From Salegentibacter sp. (lineage in GTDB: Bacteria > Bacteroidota > Bacteroidia > Flavobacteriales > Flavobacteriaceae), in assembly GCA_049589035.1 (NCBI GenBank), contig JBAWAB010000142.1, forward strand, positions 1 through 43,599: a DNA stretch of 43,599 nt, written 5' to 3'. Of the stretch, positions 19,010 to 28,012 are shown in pieces (within the stretch, counting starts at the first letter, position 1; every line of letters starts with the position of its first letter). The position numbers and the translations under genes are program-made. A model generated the notes under the pieces. It ran no database searches. It was not told the DNA's origin and was given only the letters and a program-made list of their open reading frames with translations.

Positions 19010-19876
19010 TTATGCTCTTCTTTTAAAATAGCCGAGTAATTTTTTTACGTAGCTTTCGTCAACGCGATTGCTTATCACGCCTCCACCGCTAAGAGTGAAG
19101 CTTTCCTGAAAATAATCTCTCCTTTCCATATAATATCTGGTGTAGGCATTGCGAACCGATTTTGAGCCGGTATTAACGGTCAAAATTTCGTTAGTTTCTT
19201 CATCCAACATTTGTACCAAACCGAGGTTAGGAATCTCTTTTTCACGGGGATCGTAAACGCGGATGCCCGTAACATCGTGGCGTTTTCCGACGATCTTTAG
19301 AGTTCGCTGATAACTTTCATCCATAAAATCGGAAAGAATGAACACAATGGCCTTCTTCTTCATCACGTTCGAAAGATACTTCAACGCGCCCTCAATATCG
19401 GTTTTTTTGCCTTTAGGCCGAAATTCGATCAATTCGCGAATGATTCTAAGCACATGTGATCTTCCTTTTTTCGGCGGAATATAGAGTTCGATCTCATCGG
19501 TAAAGAGCATCAGCCCAATCTTATCATTGTTCTGAGTGGCAGAAAAGGCCAGCGTAGCAGCGATCTCGGTAACAACATCTTTCTTGAGCTGCTCCTGAGT
19601 TCCAAACATTTCCGAGGCCGAAACATCTACCATCAACATCATGGTAAGTTCCCGTTCCTCCTCGAAAACCTTTACAAAAGGCTCGTTGTAACGCGCAGTA
19701 ACATTCCAGTCGATATTCCTCACATCGTCCCCAAACTGATATTGCCTCACTTCGCTGAAGGTCATACCGCGCCCCTTAAAGGTAGAGTGGTATTCTCCAC
19801 CAAAGACGTGATCGCTCAAACGGCGGGTCTTGATCTCTATTTTGCGTACTTTTTTAAGTAACTCCTTGGTTTCCAT
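19010..19876 (-). CDS. DUF58 domain protein
   Basis: GMTFSEVRQYQFGDDVRNIDWNVTAR, DVSAS, LSDF. Confidence 0.93.
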   Translation of the reverse strand: METKELLKKVRKIEIKTRRLSDHVFGGEYHSTFKGRGMTFSEVRQYQFGDDVRNIDWNVTARYNEPFVKVFEEERELTMMLMVDVSASEMFGTQEQLKKDVVTEIAATLAFSATQNNDKIGLMLFTDEIELYIPPKKGRSHVLRIIRELIEFRPKGKKTDIEGALKYLSNVMKKKAIVFILSDFMDESYQRTLKIVGKRHDVTGIRVYDPREKEIPNLGLVQMLDEETNEILTVNTGSKSVRNAYTRYYMERRDYFQESFTLSGGGVISNRVDESYVKKLLGYFKRRA

Positions 19877-19954
19877 CAGAAAATATTATCTGCTTTGGAT
19901 TTGCAGAAAGAAAAATGACATTTCAACTAAACTTTAAGAATGAAAAAGTGCCGT

Positions 19955-20959
19955 TTATGGCACTTCGATCTCATTGACGATGTTGTTGATGATGTCTTCA
20001 GAGGTGATGTTTTCGGCTTCAGCCTCGTAGGTAATTCCAATTCTATGGCGCAATACGTCATGTACCACCGCCCTTACATCTTCAGGAATCACATAGCCTC
20101 TTCTTTTTATAAAGGCATAGCACTTGGCCGCAGTCGCGAGGTTGATACTACCCCTTGGAGAAGCTCCAAAACTGATGAGTGGTTTTATCTCTTCCAGTTT
20201 ATATTTCTCGGGAGTCCTGGTTGCGAAAATTATATCGAGAATGTACTTTTCGATCTTTTCATCCATATACACTTCTCTTACCGCCTGTTGCGCACGCTGT
20301 ATCTGCTCGATACTCACCACCGGATTCACCTTCGGAAAGGCTCCCTTCAGATTAGCCCGAATAATGAGTTGTTCCTCATCCATCAGCGGGTATTTGATGA
20401 CGGTCTTTAGCATAAAACGGTCAACCTGCGCCTCGGGCAGCGGATAGGTACCTTCCTGCTCCACCGGGTTTTGGGTAGCCATTACCAGGAAGGGGCGGTC
20501 CAAAATAAAGGTTTCTTCCCCAATGGTCACCTGCTTCTCCTGCATGGCCTCCAGCAAAGCGGACTGCACCTTGGCGGGCGCCCGGTTGATCTCATCGGCA
20601 AGGACGAAATTGGCGAAAATAGGACCTTTCTTAATGCTGAAGTCATTCAGCTTCATGTTATAAATAAGCGTACCGATCACATCGGCAGGAAGTAGGTCTG
20701 GAGTAAACTGGATTCGGCTAAAGCTGCCGTGAACGGCCTGAGAAAGTGTGTTGATGGCAAGGGTTTTGGCGAGGCCGGGAACTCCTTCGAGTAAGATATG
20801 CCCCTGCCCCAGTAATCCGATCAGCAAACGTTCAACCATATGCCTTTGCCCTACAATGACCTTATTCATTTCGGAGGTCAGGATGTCTACAAAGGCGCTT
20901 TCTCTTTCAATTTTTTCATTAAGGCTTGCGATATCTACCGAAGCATCATTTTCAGTCAT
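19955..20959 (-). CDS. moxR: MoxR family AAA+ ATPase
   Basis: Walker A GVPGLAKT, RIQFTPDLLPAD, DEINRAPAKVQSALLEAM, ATQNP. Confidence 0.96.
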   Translation of the reverse strand: MTENDASVDIASLNEKIERESAFVDILTSEMNKVIVGQRHMVERLLIGLLGQGHILLEGVPGLAKTLAINTLSQAVHGSFSRIQFTPDLLPADVIGTLIYNMKLNDFSIKKGPIFANFVLADEINRAPAKVQSALLEAMQEKQVTIGEETFILDRPFLVMATQNPVEQEGTYPLPEAQVDRFMLKTVIKYPLMDEEQLIIRANLKGAFPKVNPVVSIEQIQRAQQAVREVYMDEKIEKYILDIIFATRTPEKYKLEEIKPLISFGASPRGSINLATAAKCYAFIKRRGYVIPEDVRAVVHDVLRHRIGITYEAEAENITSEDIINNIVNEIEVP

Positions 20960-21048
20960 TATGTCAAATTTTAAAACGTGAGATAGTCAGTTCGGATTAA
21001 CGGCGCAAATTGTGAAATTCTGCGCAGTAAGCCTGTTAACGGATGGTT

Positions 21049-21081
21049 AAAAAACCAGAAGAGCAGCCCGTGGGCTGCTCT
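21049..21081 (-). terminator. Intrinsic terminator after the DUF4382 gene
   Basis: Inverted repeat agagcagccc/gggctgctct (21060-21081) with a minus-strand U-run a few nt later. Confidence 0.6.
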
Positions 21082-21106
21082 CTAATTTTCGCTCACAAGG
21101 CAGGGT

Positions 21107-21928
21107 TTATTCCATAAAAATCGTGCCAAGATCAAGGCTTGCATTCTCTTCGACTACGATATTATCCTGAACCACTGCGGGAATTCCACTTTCAGGAGCC
21201 GGAGTAACGGTTAGTTGGTAAGTTCCGGCAGGCACACCATGCAACGCAAACTCTCCCTGCTCGTTGGCATAAGCCGAAATAGTAGTGGAAGCATTCTTTA
21301 GCTCTACCAGCGTTTGAAAGTTCGTAGGATGAACAGCGCCCACCACAGTGCCGGCTCCTTCTTCAGCCGATACTCTTATGACTGGCTTCAGGATGTATCC
21401 ACCATTGCCCGTAGTTACTATAGATTGGTCTACATCAAAATCGAGCAGGTAAGAATACTGTTTTCCGGCCTCAAGTTCCTGGTTGATCTGTAGTTTTAAA
21501 CCAGATTGTTGCGCACTGGGAGTACTTAATGGCTCCGGAGTATCCTGCCCGGCCAGTTTTACATTATTGTCGGTTCCAAGAACCAGGCGTATTTGCCCAA
21601 CATATCCTGCAGGTACTTCGGCATCTGCCAACAATTGTGTAACTCCACCGGTAAGATCCAACAGGTTGTATACTCCTGCCTGCACATCACCTACGCTCAC
21701 CCAGTTTTCACCATCACCTTGAGCAGCAGCAGTCTGGATCATCACATCTTTCACATCAATGTTCACCTGTTCATAATCACCAGGAGCATCGGTCATTGAC
21801 ACGCTTAAATGCGCGGTCTGGTCTCCTTTGGTCGAGTCGTTATTATCACTACAGCTCACCAGCCCTGAGGCCAGCACGGCCAGTAAAAGCAAAGCTTTGA
21901 AATTCATTTTTCCCATAGACATTTTCAT
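21107..21928 (-). CDS. DUF4382 domain lipoprotein (start uncertain; several in-frame ATGs 21907-21973)
   Basis: Lipobox LVSC; MTDAP, YNLLDL, QIRLVLG, PSAQQSGLK, LDFDVDQS, LKPVIR. Confidence 0.85.
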   Translation of the reverse strand: MKMSMGKMNFKALLLLAVLASGLVSCSDNNDSTKGDQTAHLSVSMTDAPGDYEQVNIDVKDVMIQTAAAQGDGENWVSVGDVQAGVYNLLDLTGGVTQLLADAEVPAGYVGQIRLVLGTDNNVKLAGQDTPEPLSTPSAQQSGLKLQINQELEAGKQYSYLLDFDVDQSIVTTGNGGYILKPVIRVSAEEGAGTVVGAVHPTNFQTLVELKNASTTISAYANEQGEFALHGVPAGTYQLTVTPAPESGIPAVVQDNIVVEENASLDLGTIFME

Positions 21929-22091
21929 AAGTAGATTGTTTTTGTTTGGCAGTGATAACGCAGAGAGGAGCATTTCATTTTTAAGTTTGCTCTGAATTAA
22001 CGAATTTTAACAGCAATTAACCCCTCCTTAATAACTACAGGGGTTTTACCTTTAAATACTTTACTACTTTAGAGATCAAAAAAGAAAAAGA

Positions 22092-22841
22092 ATGAAAACA
22101 GCATTAATTACCGGCGCCACCAGCGGTATTGGAAAAGCCACAGCCATTGCGCTCTCAAAAGAGAATTTCAACCTGATCATTTGCGGTCGCCGCAAGGAAA
22201 GACTGGAGAAACTTCGTGTTAGCCTTTCTCAGGAATGTGAGGTACATGCTCTTTCTTTCGACGTAAGAAACAAGGAAGAGGTCTTTGAAAAGTTGCAAAA
22301 CCTTCCGGAAGAATTCAGTAAAATTGATGTACTGGTAAACAATGCCGGTAACGCCCATGGCCTGGATCCTATCCAGGATGGTAGCATTGAAGACTGGGAT
22401 GCGATGATGGACATCAATGTGAAAGGTTTGCTCTATGTGAGCAAGGCGGTCTTTCCGAAGATGATTAGTCAGAATTCGGGTCATATTATCAATATTGGCT
22501 CTATAGCGGGAAAAGAGGTGTATCCTAATGGGAACGTATATTGTGCCAGCAAACATGCGGTTGATGCCCTGAACCAGGCGATGAGGATCGACCTGAATAA
22601 GCACAACATACGCGTTGGAGCCATCAATCCGGGGTTGGTACAAACCGAATTCAGTGAAGTGCGGTTTAAGGGAGACACCCAGCGGGCCGAAAAAGTATAT
22701 GAAGGATTCAAAGCCCTGCAGCCGGAAGACATTGCCGATATCATCCGCTTCATGGTGACCCGACCATACCACGTGAACATTGCCGATCTTACGGTTCTGC
22801 CAACTGCCCAGGCCAATGCTACTATCGTTAAGAAGGAATAA
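22092..22841 (+). CDS. NADP-dependent short-chain dehydrogenase (YdfG-like)
   Basis: TGATSGIG, NNAG, YCASK. Confidence 0.93.
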   Translation: MKTALITGATSGIGKATAIALSKENFNLIICGRRKERLEKLRVSLSQECEVHALSFDVRNKEEVFEKLQNLPEEFSKIDVLVNNAGNAHGLDPIQDGSIEDWDAMMDINVKGLLYVSKAVFPKMISQNSGHIINIGSIAGKEVYPNGNVYCASKHAVDALNQAMRIDLNKHNIRVGAINPGLVQTEFSEVRFKGDTQRAEKVYEGFKALQPEDIADIIRFMVTRPYHVNIADLTVLPTAQANATIVKKE

Positions 22842-22988
22842 TTCTTCTTATTAGTATGGCATACTTCAAAAAGCTGGAGAATCTGGAAATCTTAAGGCTC
22901 ACACGGTTAAAATACCGGAATTTTCTGAACCACGAGGTTCAAAATTTGATTAATAGAAATAAGAAGTATCAATAGATAACAATCAGGA

Positions 22989-24125
22989 ATGATCAACAAG
23001 CGCCTTCTCATAAAGAATCTGCTCGCGCACAATGACGAGAACAGCTTTTACGACAAAAAGCGGCAGCTCAATATTGGCGAAAAAGAAGGCAAGGCGAAAT
23101 TCCTGAAACACGTTTGCGCGCTCTCCAACTCTAATCCCGAGAATAATTCCTACATCGTGATCGGGGTAGAGGATGCTGATAATACCATTGCCGGTATCGA
23201 CTTTTTTGACGACAGTAAGATCCAGAACCTGGTGAATGCCTACCTGCATAATCCACCGTTGATCTCCTACGAAAACATTCCGTTCCCTCACCTGCCAGAT
23301 CAACTGGTAGTGGGGCTGGTGACCATCAGACCAAACCACGGCAAAGTCTGTTCGCTCAAAAAAAACATCTGGAAATATATGGCTGGCACTGTATTTCTAC
23401 GGGACGGCAGCATGAGTATGCCTAAGAGCTATGGGATCAACATCGAAGATGTGAACTCTAAAATTGTAGCTTCCGTAGAAAACCACTCCCATAACAATAT
23501 AGAACTTACCCTCGACGGGGTATTTGATTTTATGGCCAAGCGCCGCGATTATAACCCGTCGTACAAGGTCTTTAAAGAATATTTCGTGGTTTGCTGGGCC
23601 GGAAAAGAGAAAAACCTCAGGAATGAGACCTACTATTCCCGGGTTGATATTGAGCTAATTAATGAACAGGTAAAACTCTTCTATTCCGATCTTGATGAAG
23701 TCACCATCGGGATGGACCAGGATTCATTCAGGATCCAGGAGTTCGTGCATTTAGGGCTGCACGACAAGTATAAATATTACCCGCTGGAAGAAGTGGTCAT
23801 CCATTTTAAGGACAATGCCAGTTATGAGATCGAAAGCAAATTGCTGTTCGAACCGCCGAAATTCGACAAAAAGATCCTGCATCATATTTATAACAGTAAC
23901 AACAGTCTGCTGGAACGGCTAAAAATGCATTTGCCGCTCAATTCCCAGCAGTTCAAGGACCTGAAGAACCTGCCTTCCACTTATTTGATATGTTACCTGA
24001 ACAATTTCAGGAAAGCCCTGGAGAAACTGGAAGAATCAAAGCCCTATTTGAAAGAATATAGCGCAGAAGCCTACAATTATTACAAGGAAAGCATGCGAAT
24101 TTTAAGAAAAGTAAAATATAACTAA
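22989..24125 (+). CDS. AlbA_2/Schlafen-like N-terminal domain plus uncharacterised C-terminal domain (DUF5929-like)
   Basis: ENSFYDKK, KHVCALSN and YIVIGVED match the AlbA_2 pattern. Confidence 0.75.
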   Translation: MINKRLLIKNLLAHNDENSFYDKKRQLNIGEKEGKAKFLKHVCALSNSNPENNSYIVIGVEDADNTIAGIDFFDDSKIQNLVNAYLHNPPLISYENIPFPHLPDQLVVGLVTIRPNHGKVCSLKKNIWKYMAGTVFLRDGSMSMPKSYGINIEDVNSKIVASVENHSHNNIELTLDGVFDFMAKRRDYNPSYKVFKEYFVVCWAGKEKNLRNETYYSRVDIELINEQVKLFYSDLDEVTIGMDQDSFRIQEFVHLGLHDKYKYYPLEEVVIHFKDNASYEIESKLLFEPPKFDKKILHHIYNSNNSLLERLKMHLPLNSQQFKDLKNLPSTYLICYLNNFRKALEKLEESKPYLKEYSAEAYNYYKESMRILRKVKYN

Positions 24126-24126
24126 T

Positions 24127-24855
24127 ATGGGTAGAACCATTGCCATAGGAGATATTCACGGAGGATTGAAAGCGCTTCTCCAGCTGTTGGAGCGCATCAA
24201 CATTACACCCGAAGACAAGATGATCTTCCTAGGAGATTATGTAGACGGCTGGAGCGATTCTGCAAACGTCGTCTCTTACCTTATCGACCTGGCCAGGCAA
24301 AATACCTGCATTTTCATAAGGGGAAATCACGACGATCTCGCGCACCGATGGCTCAAAACTGGTGAACTGAACCCGCAGTGGCTGGAACACGGCGGGCAGT
24401 CGAGCATTGATGCCTACCGGAATTTTTCTTCGGAAGAGATCGCCAGCCATATCGAATTCTTTAACCAGATGCTCAATTATCACATTGATAAAGAAAGCCG
24501 TCTCTTTGTGCATGCCGGTTTCACCAATCTGCACGGGCCAAAAAGCGAATATCACAAAACAGGGTTTTACTGGGACCGTACCCTTTGGGAAATGACCATC
24601 GCCCTTGACCCCAGGCTCGATGAGGATCACGACCATTATCCAAAACGGCTGCAACTGTTCAAGGAGATCTTCATTGGCCATACTCCGGTAACGCGCATTG
24701 GCCAGTCGAAACCCTACCACCGAGCGAATGTGTGGAATGTGGACACCGGCGCGGCCTTCAAGGGAAAACTTTCAGCAATAGATGTGGAGAGCAAGGAGAT
24801 CTGGCAGAGCGATCCCGTACATACCTTATACCCTGAAGAAAGCGGAAGAAATTAA
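24127..24855 (+). CDS. Calcineurin-like metallophosphoesterase (PPP/ApaH/PrpE type)
   Basis: GDIHG, GDYVD, GNHD, VHAG, GHTP, DTGA. Confidence 0.93.
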   Translation: MGRTIAIGDIHGGLKALLQLLERINITPEDKMIFLGDYVDGWSDSANVVSYLIDLARQNTCIFIRGNHDDLAHRWLKTGELNPQWLEHGGQSSIDAYRNFSSEEIASHIEFFNQMLNYHIDKESRLFVHAGFTNLHGPKSEYHKTGFYWDRTLWEMTIALDPRLDEDHDHYPKRLQLFKEIFIGHTPVTRIGQSKPYHRANVWNVDTGAAFKGKLSAIDVESKEIWQSDPVHTLYPEESGRN

Positions 24856-24888
24856 GAGAATTTTATCAAAGTCCTATTTCCTTCTTTA

Positions 24889-24896
24889 TACCTTTG
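24889..24896 (+). promoter_or_regulatory. -7 element (TACCTTTG) for the desaturase gene
   Basis: Exact TAnnTTTG match. Confidence 0.65.
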
Positions 24897-25026
24897 CAGT
24901 TCAAGCATTTTGCACTTAATTGCGCAAAATTCCGGAGCAGCAAATAGCTGCACGGTTATCGAGATTAAAGTACAAAACGGGATATTTCATTAAAAATGAA
25001 CAAGTCCCACCAAGAAATAGAATTAT

Positions 25027-26031
25027 ATGGCCCTGGAAAATATACGATTAGAAGTAATGAAAACTGTCGAGAAATCTATCGATAGTTTTGTGGAGAAATA
25101 CCTGATTCCGGTTGAGGATATCTGGCAGCCCACCGACCTTTTGCCTAACCTTCAGGATGACGACGGATTTGAAGTTGTTCATCAGATACGGGAAGAAGCC
25201 AAGGAACTTGGCTACGATTTCTGGGTAGTGCTCGTTGCCGACATGGTAACCGAAGAAGCCCTTCCCACCTACGAATCCTGGCTTATGGATATGGAAGGAG
25301 TCGAACAGCATGGCGCCTCAAAAGCTGAGCAAAACGGCTGGGCCAAGTGGATACGCCACTGGACCGGAGAGGAGAACCGTCATGGGGATGCGCTCAATAA
25401 ATACCTTTATTTATCCGGAAGGGTGAACATGAGAGAAATCGAGAAAACCACACATCACCTCATCAATGACGGCTTCGATATCGGGACAGGACGTGATCCT
25501 TACCGCAATTTCGTCTATACAAGCTTTCAGGAGCTGGCTACCAACATCTCTCACAAGAGAGTGGGACAGCTGGCAAAGAAAAAAGGTAATAAGATGCTGG
25601 CCAAGATGTGTAATATCATCGCCGGTGATGAGATGAGGCACCACCTGGCTTACAGGGAATTCGTGAGGACCATCTTTGAATACGATCCAAGCGAAATGAT
25701 GCTGGCCTTTGCCGATATGATGAAGAAAAAGATCGTAATGCCCGCTCAATTCATCCGGGAATCAGGACAGGGAATAGCTGAAGCCTTTGAGAATTTCTCA
25801 AACGCCGCACAGCGACTTGGAGTTTATACTACTCACGATTACGTTGATATTCTGGCTAAGCTGAACGCTCACTGGGAGATTGACAAGATGACCTCTCTTA
25901 CCGATGAAGCTGAAAAAGCACGGGACTTCCTGATGAAACTTCCCGATAGAATGACAAGAATCGCGCAACGTATCTCTGTGCCCGAAGATCCGCATCAATT
26001 CAAATGGGTTGAAGCCAACGGAATGCTGTAA
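25027..26031 (+). CDS. Soluble di-iron acyl-ACP desaturase family protein
   Basis: WQPTDLLP, TEEALPTY, EENRHG, YTSFQELAT, DEMRH. Confidence 0.92.
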   Translation: MALENIRLEVMKTVEKSIDSFVEKYLIPVEDIWQPTDLLPNLQDDDGFEVVHQIREEAKELGYDFWVVLVADMVTEEALPTYESWLMDMEGVEQHGASKAEQNGWAKWIRHWTGEENRHGDALNKYLYLSGRVNMREIEKTTHHLINDGFDIGTGRDPYRNFVYTSFQELATNISHKRVGQLAKKKGNKMLAKMCNIIAGDEMRHHLAYREFVRTIFEYDPSEMMLAFADMMKKKIVMPAQFIRESGQGIAEAFENFSNAAQRLGVYTTHDYVDILAKLNAHWEIDKMTSLTDEAEKARDFLMKLPDRMTRIAQRISVPEDPHQFKWVEANGML

Positions 26032-26052
26032 AAGACAATGATTACAAAACAG

Positions 26053-26083
26053 AAAGTCCGCTTCACGAGAAGCGGACTTTTTT
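26053..26083 (+). terminator. Intrinsic terminator, probably bidirectional
   Basis: aaagtccgcttc-acga-gaagcggactttttt between convergent genes. Confidence 0.85.
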
Positions 26084-26110
26084 GTTGAACGCTGTTTTTA
26101 TGAAATTAGG

Positions 26111-26503
26111 CTATTCAGAGTAGCGCTTCCAGGCCTTATAGGCCGCCAGGTCTTTCTCGATAAGAGTCAGGCAAAAAGCGATCACCGCGGCATCATCAAG
26201 ATAACCTAAAACCGGAATGAAATCGGGAATGAGATCTATAGGAGAAAGCACATACAGCAAAGCCCCGCCTACAGAAGCTATGATATTCCACGGAATTTCG
26301 CGGTAAGTGCCGTTTGCATAGTCGCGCACCAGGGAAAATAAGATCTGCACATCATCTATATAACGATGCAGTTTGCTTTTATTTTCGAATTTAGACTTGA
26401 TCTTTTCTTCTTCATTCAGGAGTGTATGCACATCCTTTTCCTCGAATTCGCTTTGTTGTTTATTGTGCTGCTCTTCTGCTGTTTCTTTTGAAATTCGGCT
26501 CAT
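26111..26503 (-). CDS. YkvA/DUF1232 family protein
   Basis: LLYVLSPIDLIPDFIPVLGYLDDA; start moved to the first ATG. Confidence 0.88.
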   Translation of the reverse strand: MSRISKETAEEQHNKQQSEFEEKDVHTLLNEEEKIKSKFENKSKLHRYIDDVQILFSLVRDYANGTYREIPWNIIASVGGALLYVLSPIDLIPDFIPVLGYLDDAAVIAFCLTLIEKDLAAYKAWKRYSE

Positions 26504-26668
26504 TCCAATTAATTTTAGGTGAATTCCGAAAATAAAAAAAAGCGGAACACGAGCCAAGGCTGTACTATGAGTTTAGCGGAAAATTAACTCTGATGCTATC
26601 AATCTCAGCAAGAAAAGAAGGTATTTTTTCCTAATTTCGGGTTATAATAGCATCTAAAAACTTCCAAA

Positions 26669-26968
26669 ATGATCGCCAGACACTGGGCGGGTCGCATAAA
26701 ACCCGAAGAAGCCGAAAATTACGTCCAATATCTACAGGAAGAGATCCTGCCGCATCTTTCAGAAATAGAAGGTTTCAGAGGGGCCAGCATCAGAAAACGA
26801 AAACTTCAGGATTCGATTGAATTCCTGTTCATTTCTGAGTGGGCTTCCGAAGAAGCCATAAAACAATTCGCCGGGGAAGATATTAGTACCGCGGTAGTGG
26901 CAGAAAAAGCTCAGCAAATGATGCTGAATTTTGACCAGGAAGTGCGGCATTACGAGATCGTTTCTTGA
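26669..26968 (+). CDS. Antibiotic biosynthesis monooxygenase-like (dimeric alpha/beta barrel) protein
   Basis: MIARHW..., GFRG, WASEEAIKQFAGED, VRHYEI. Confidence 0.8.
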   Translation: MIARHWAGRIKPEEAENYVQYLQEEILPHLSEIEGFRGASIRKRKLQDSIEFLFISEWASEEAIKQFAGEDISTAVVAEKAQQMMLNFDQEVRHYEIVS

Positions 26969-27113
26969 TCCAGTCGATATGAACTTGCTGCTTTCTCGAC
27001 TGTCTTATCAGGCCGTGCACAACTTCACTTTTGCCGGAATAGACTTCCTTCGCCACCTGCTCTTTCAGCTATTCATCATTTGCTTTTGTCAATGAGATAT
27101 TTTGTCTTGCCAT
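26966..27113 (-). pseudogene. Ribbon-helix-helix ParD/CopG-like antitoxin remnant
   Basis: Manual translation MARQNISLTKANDE*LKEQVAKEVYSGKSEVVHGLIRQSRKQQVHIDWI, with TAG at 27069-27071. Confidence 0.7.
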
Positions 27114-27159
27114 GATAATTCCAATTTAATGTAAAATTATACATTCCGCTTACAAGAAT

Positions 27160-27750
27160 TCAACCTTTCACCTCTTCCTCCTGCAGAATGATCTCGATCC
27201 TGCGGTCTGGTATCAGCCACATCAAAGCAACCCCCACATACAGTGCGCCGGCGATCCAGGTACTGAACCAGCAGGAAATGATGGCCGCTGCGTAAAGGAT
27301 AGGCGAAAGCTTTCCTTTAAAATCTTTTCCAATGGCCCGTGCCAGTAAAGAATCGGCACCATGATTTTTGATGATCTGCCGCTGCAGAATAAAATATGCG
27401 ATAGCCGACATCAGCAAAACTATTCCATAGAATGCCATGGGCATGCCTGTAAACCTGTTCTCCCCGATCCATCCAGTCACGAAAGGAATCAGCGAAAGCC
27501 AAAATAGCAAATGCAGGTTGGCCCATAATATACTGCCACTAACTTTTTTTACGGTATGCATCATGTGGTGGTGATTGTTCCAATAGATGGCCAGGTAAAT
27601 AAAGCTGAGCACATAACTGAGAAATATCGGCACCAAAGGTTTCAGGTCCTCAAGCCTGTCTCCGTGCGGCACCTTGATTTCCAGGACCATGATGGTGATG
27701 ATGATGGCCAGCACGCCATCGCTGAAAGCCTCCAGGCGATTTTTCTTCAT
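27160..27750 (-). CDS. TMEM175 family potassium channel
   Basis: RLEAFSDGVLAIIITIMVL, YWNNHHH, LIPFVT. Confidence 0.92.
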   Translation of the reverse strand: MKKNRLEAFSDGVLAIIITIMVLEIKVPHGDRLEDLKPLVPIFLSYVLSFIYLAIYWNNHHHMMHTVKKVSGSILWANLHLLFWLSLIPFVTGWIGENRFTGMPMAFYGIVLLMSAIAYFILQRQIIKNHGADSLLARAIGKDFKGKLSPILYAAAIISCWFSTWIAGALYVGVALMWLIPDRRIEIILQEEEVKG

Positions 27751-27849
27751 AACAGAAGCTATTGTTGAACTTCATGAAATTACCGATAATTTCTGAATTT
27801 TTTCCGATGCAGTTAAACTTCAGGAAATTACTACGAAGTATATTTAAAG

Positions 27850-27927
27850 AAAAAGGCCGCTTAAAAAGGGGCGAATTCTTCCGAAGAAATCCAGAAACCA
27901 CACCGCTCTTTAAACAGCCTCTTTTTT
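27850..27927. repeat. Degenerate inverted-repeat element or terminator, with an end similar to the 3549-3682 element
   Basis: aaaaaggccgcttaaaaagggg ... cgctctttaaacagcctctttttt. Confidence 0.45.
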
Positions 27928-27932
27928 AACCA

Positions 27933-28012
27933 ATCTTAGCCCTGAGACTTCAGACCTCTCCTCTATATCTACAGTCTCCCGCCTAATGTCTCAAGTCCAA
28001 TATCTCGCATCT
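27933..28012. repeat. Degenerate 7-bp tandem array
   Basis: tctacag tctcccg cctaatg tctcaag tccaata tctcgca tct, plus weaker units upstream. Confidence 0.6.

Noticed and set aside
27069..27071. TAG readthrough or recoding in the RHH gene
   Set aside because: TAG is an ordinary stop in other genes here and the gene also looks 3'-truncated, so decay is simpler
27650..27901. ORF containing a His6 run
   Set aside because: Alternate frame of the TMEM175 AIIITIM codons
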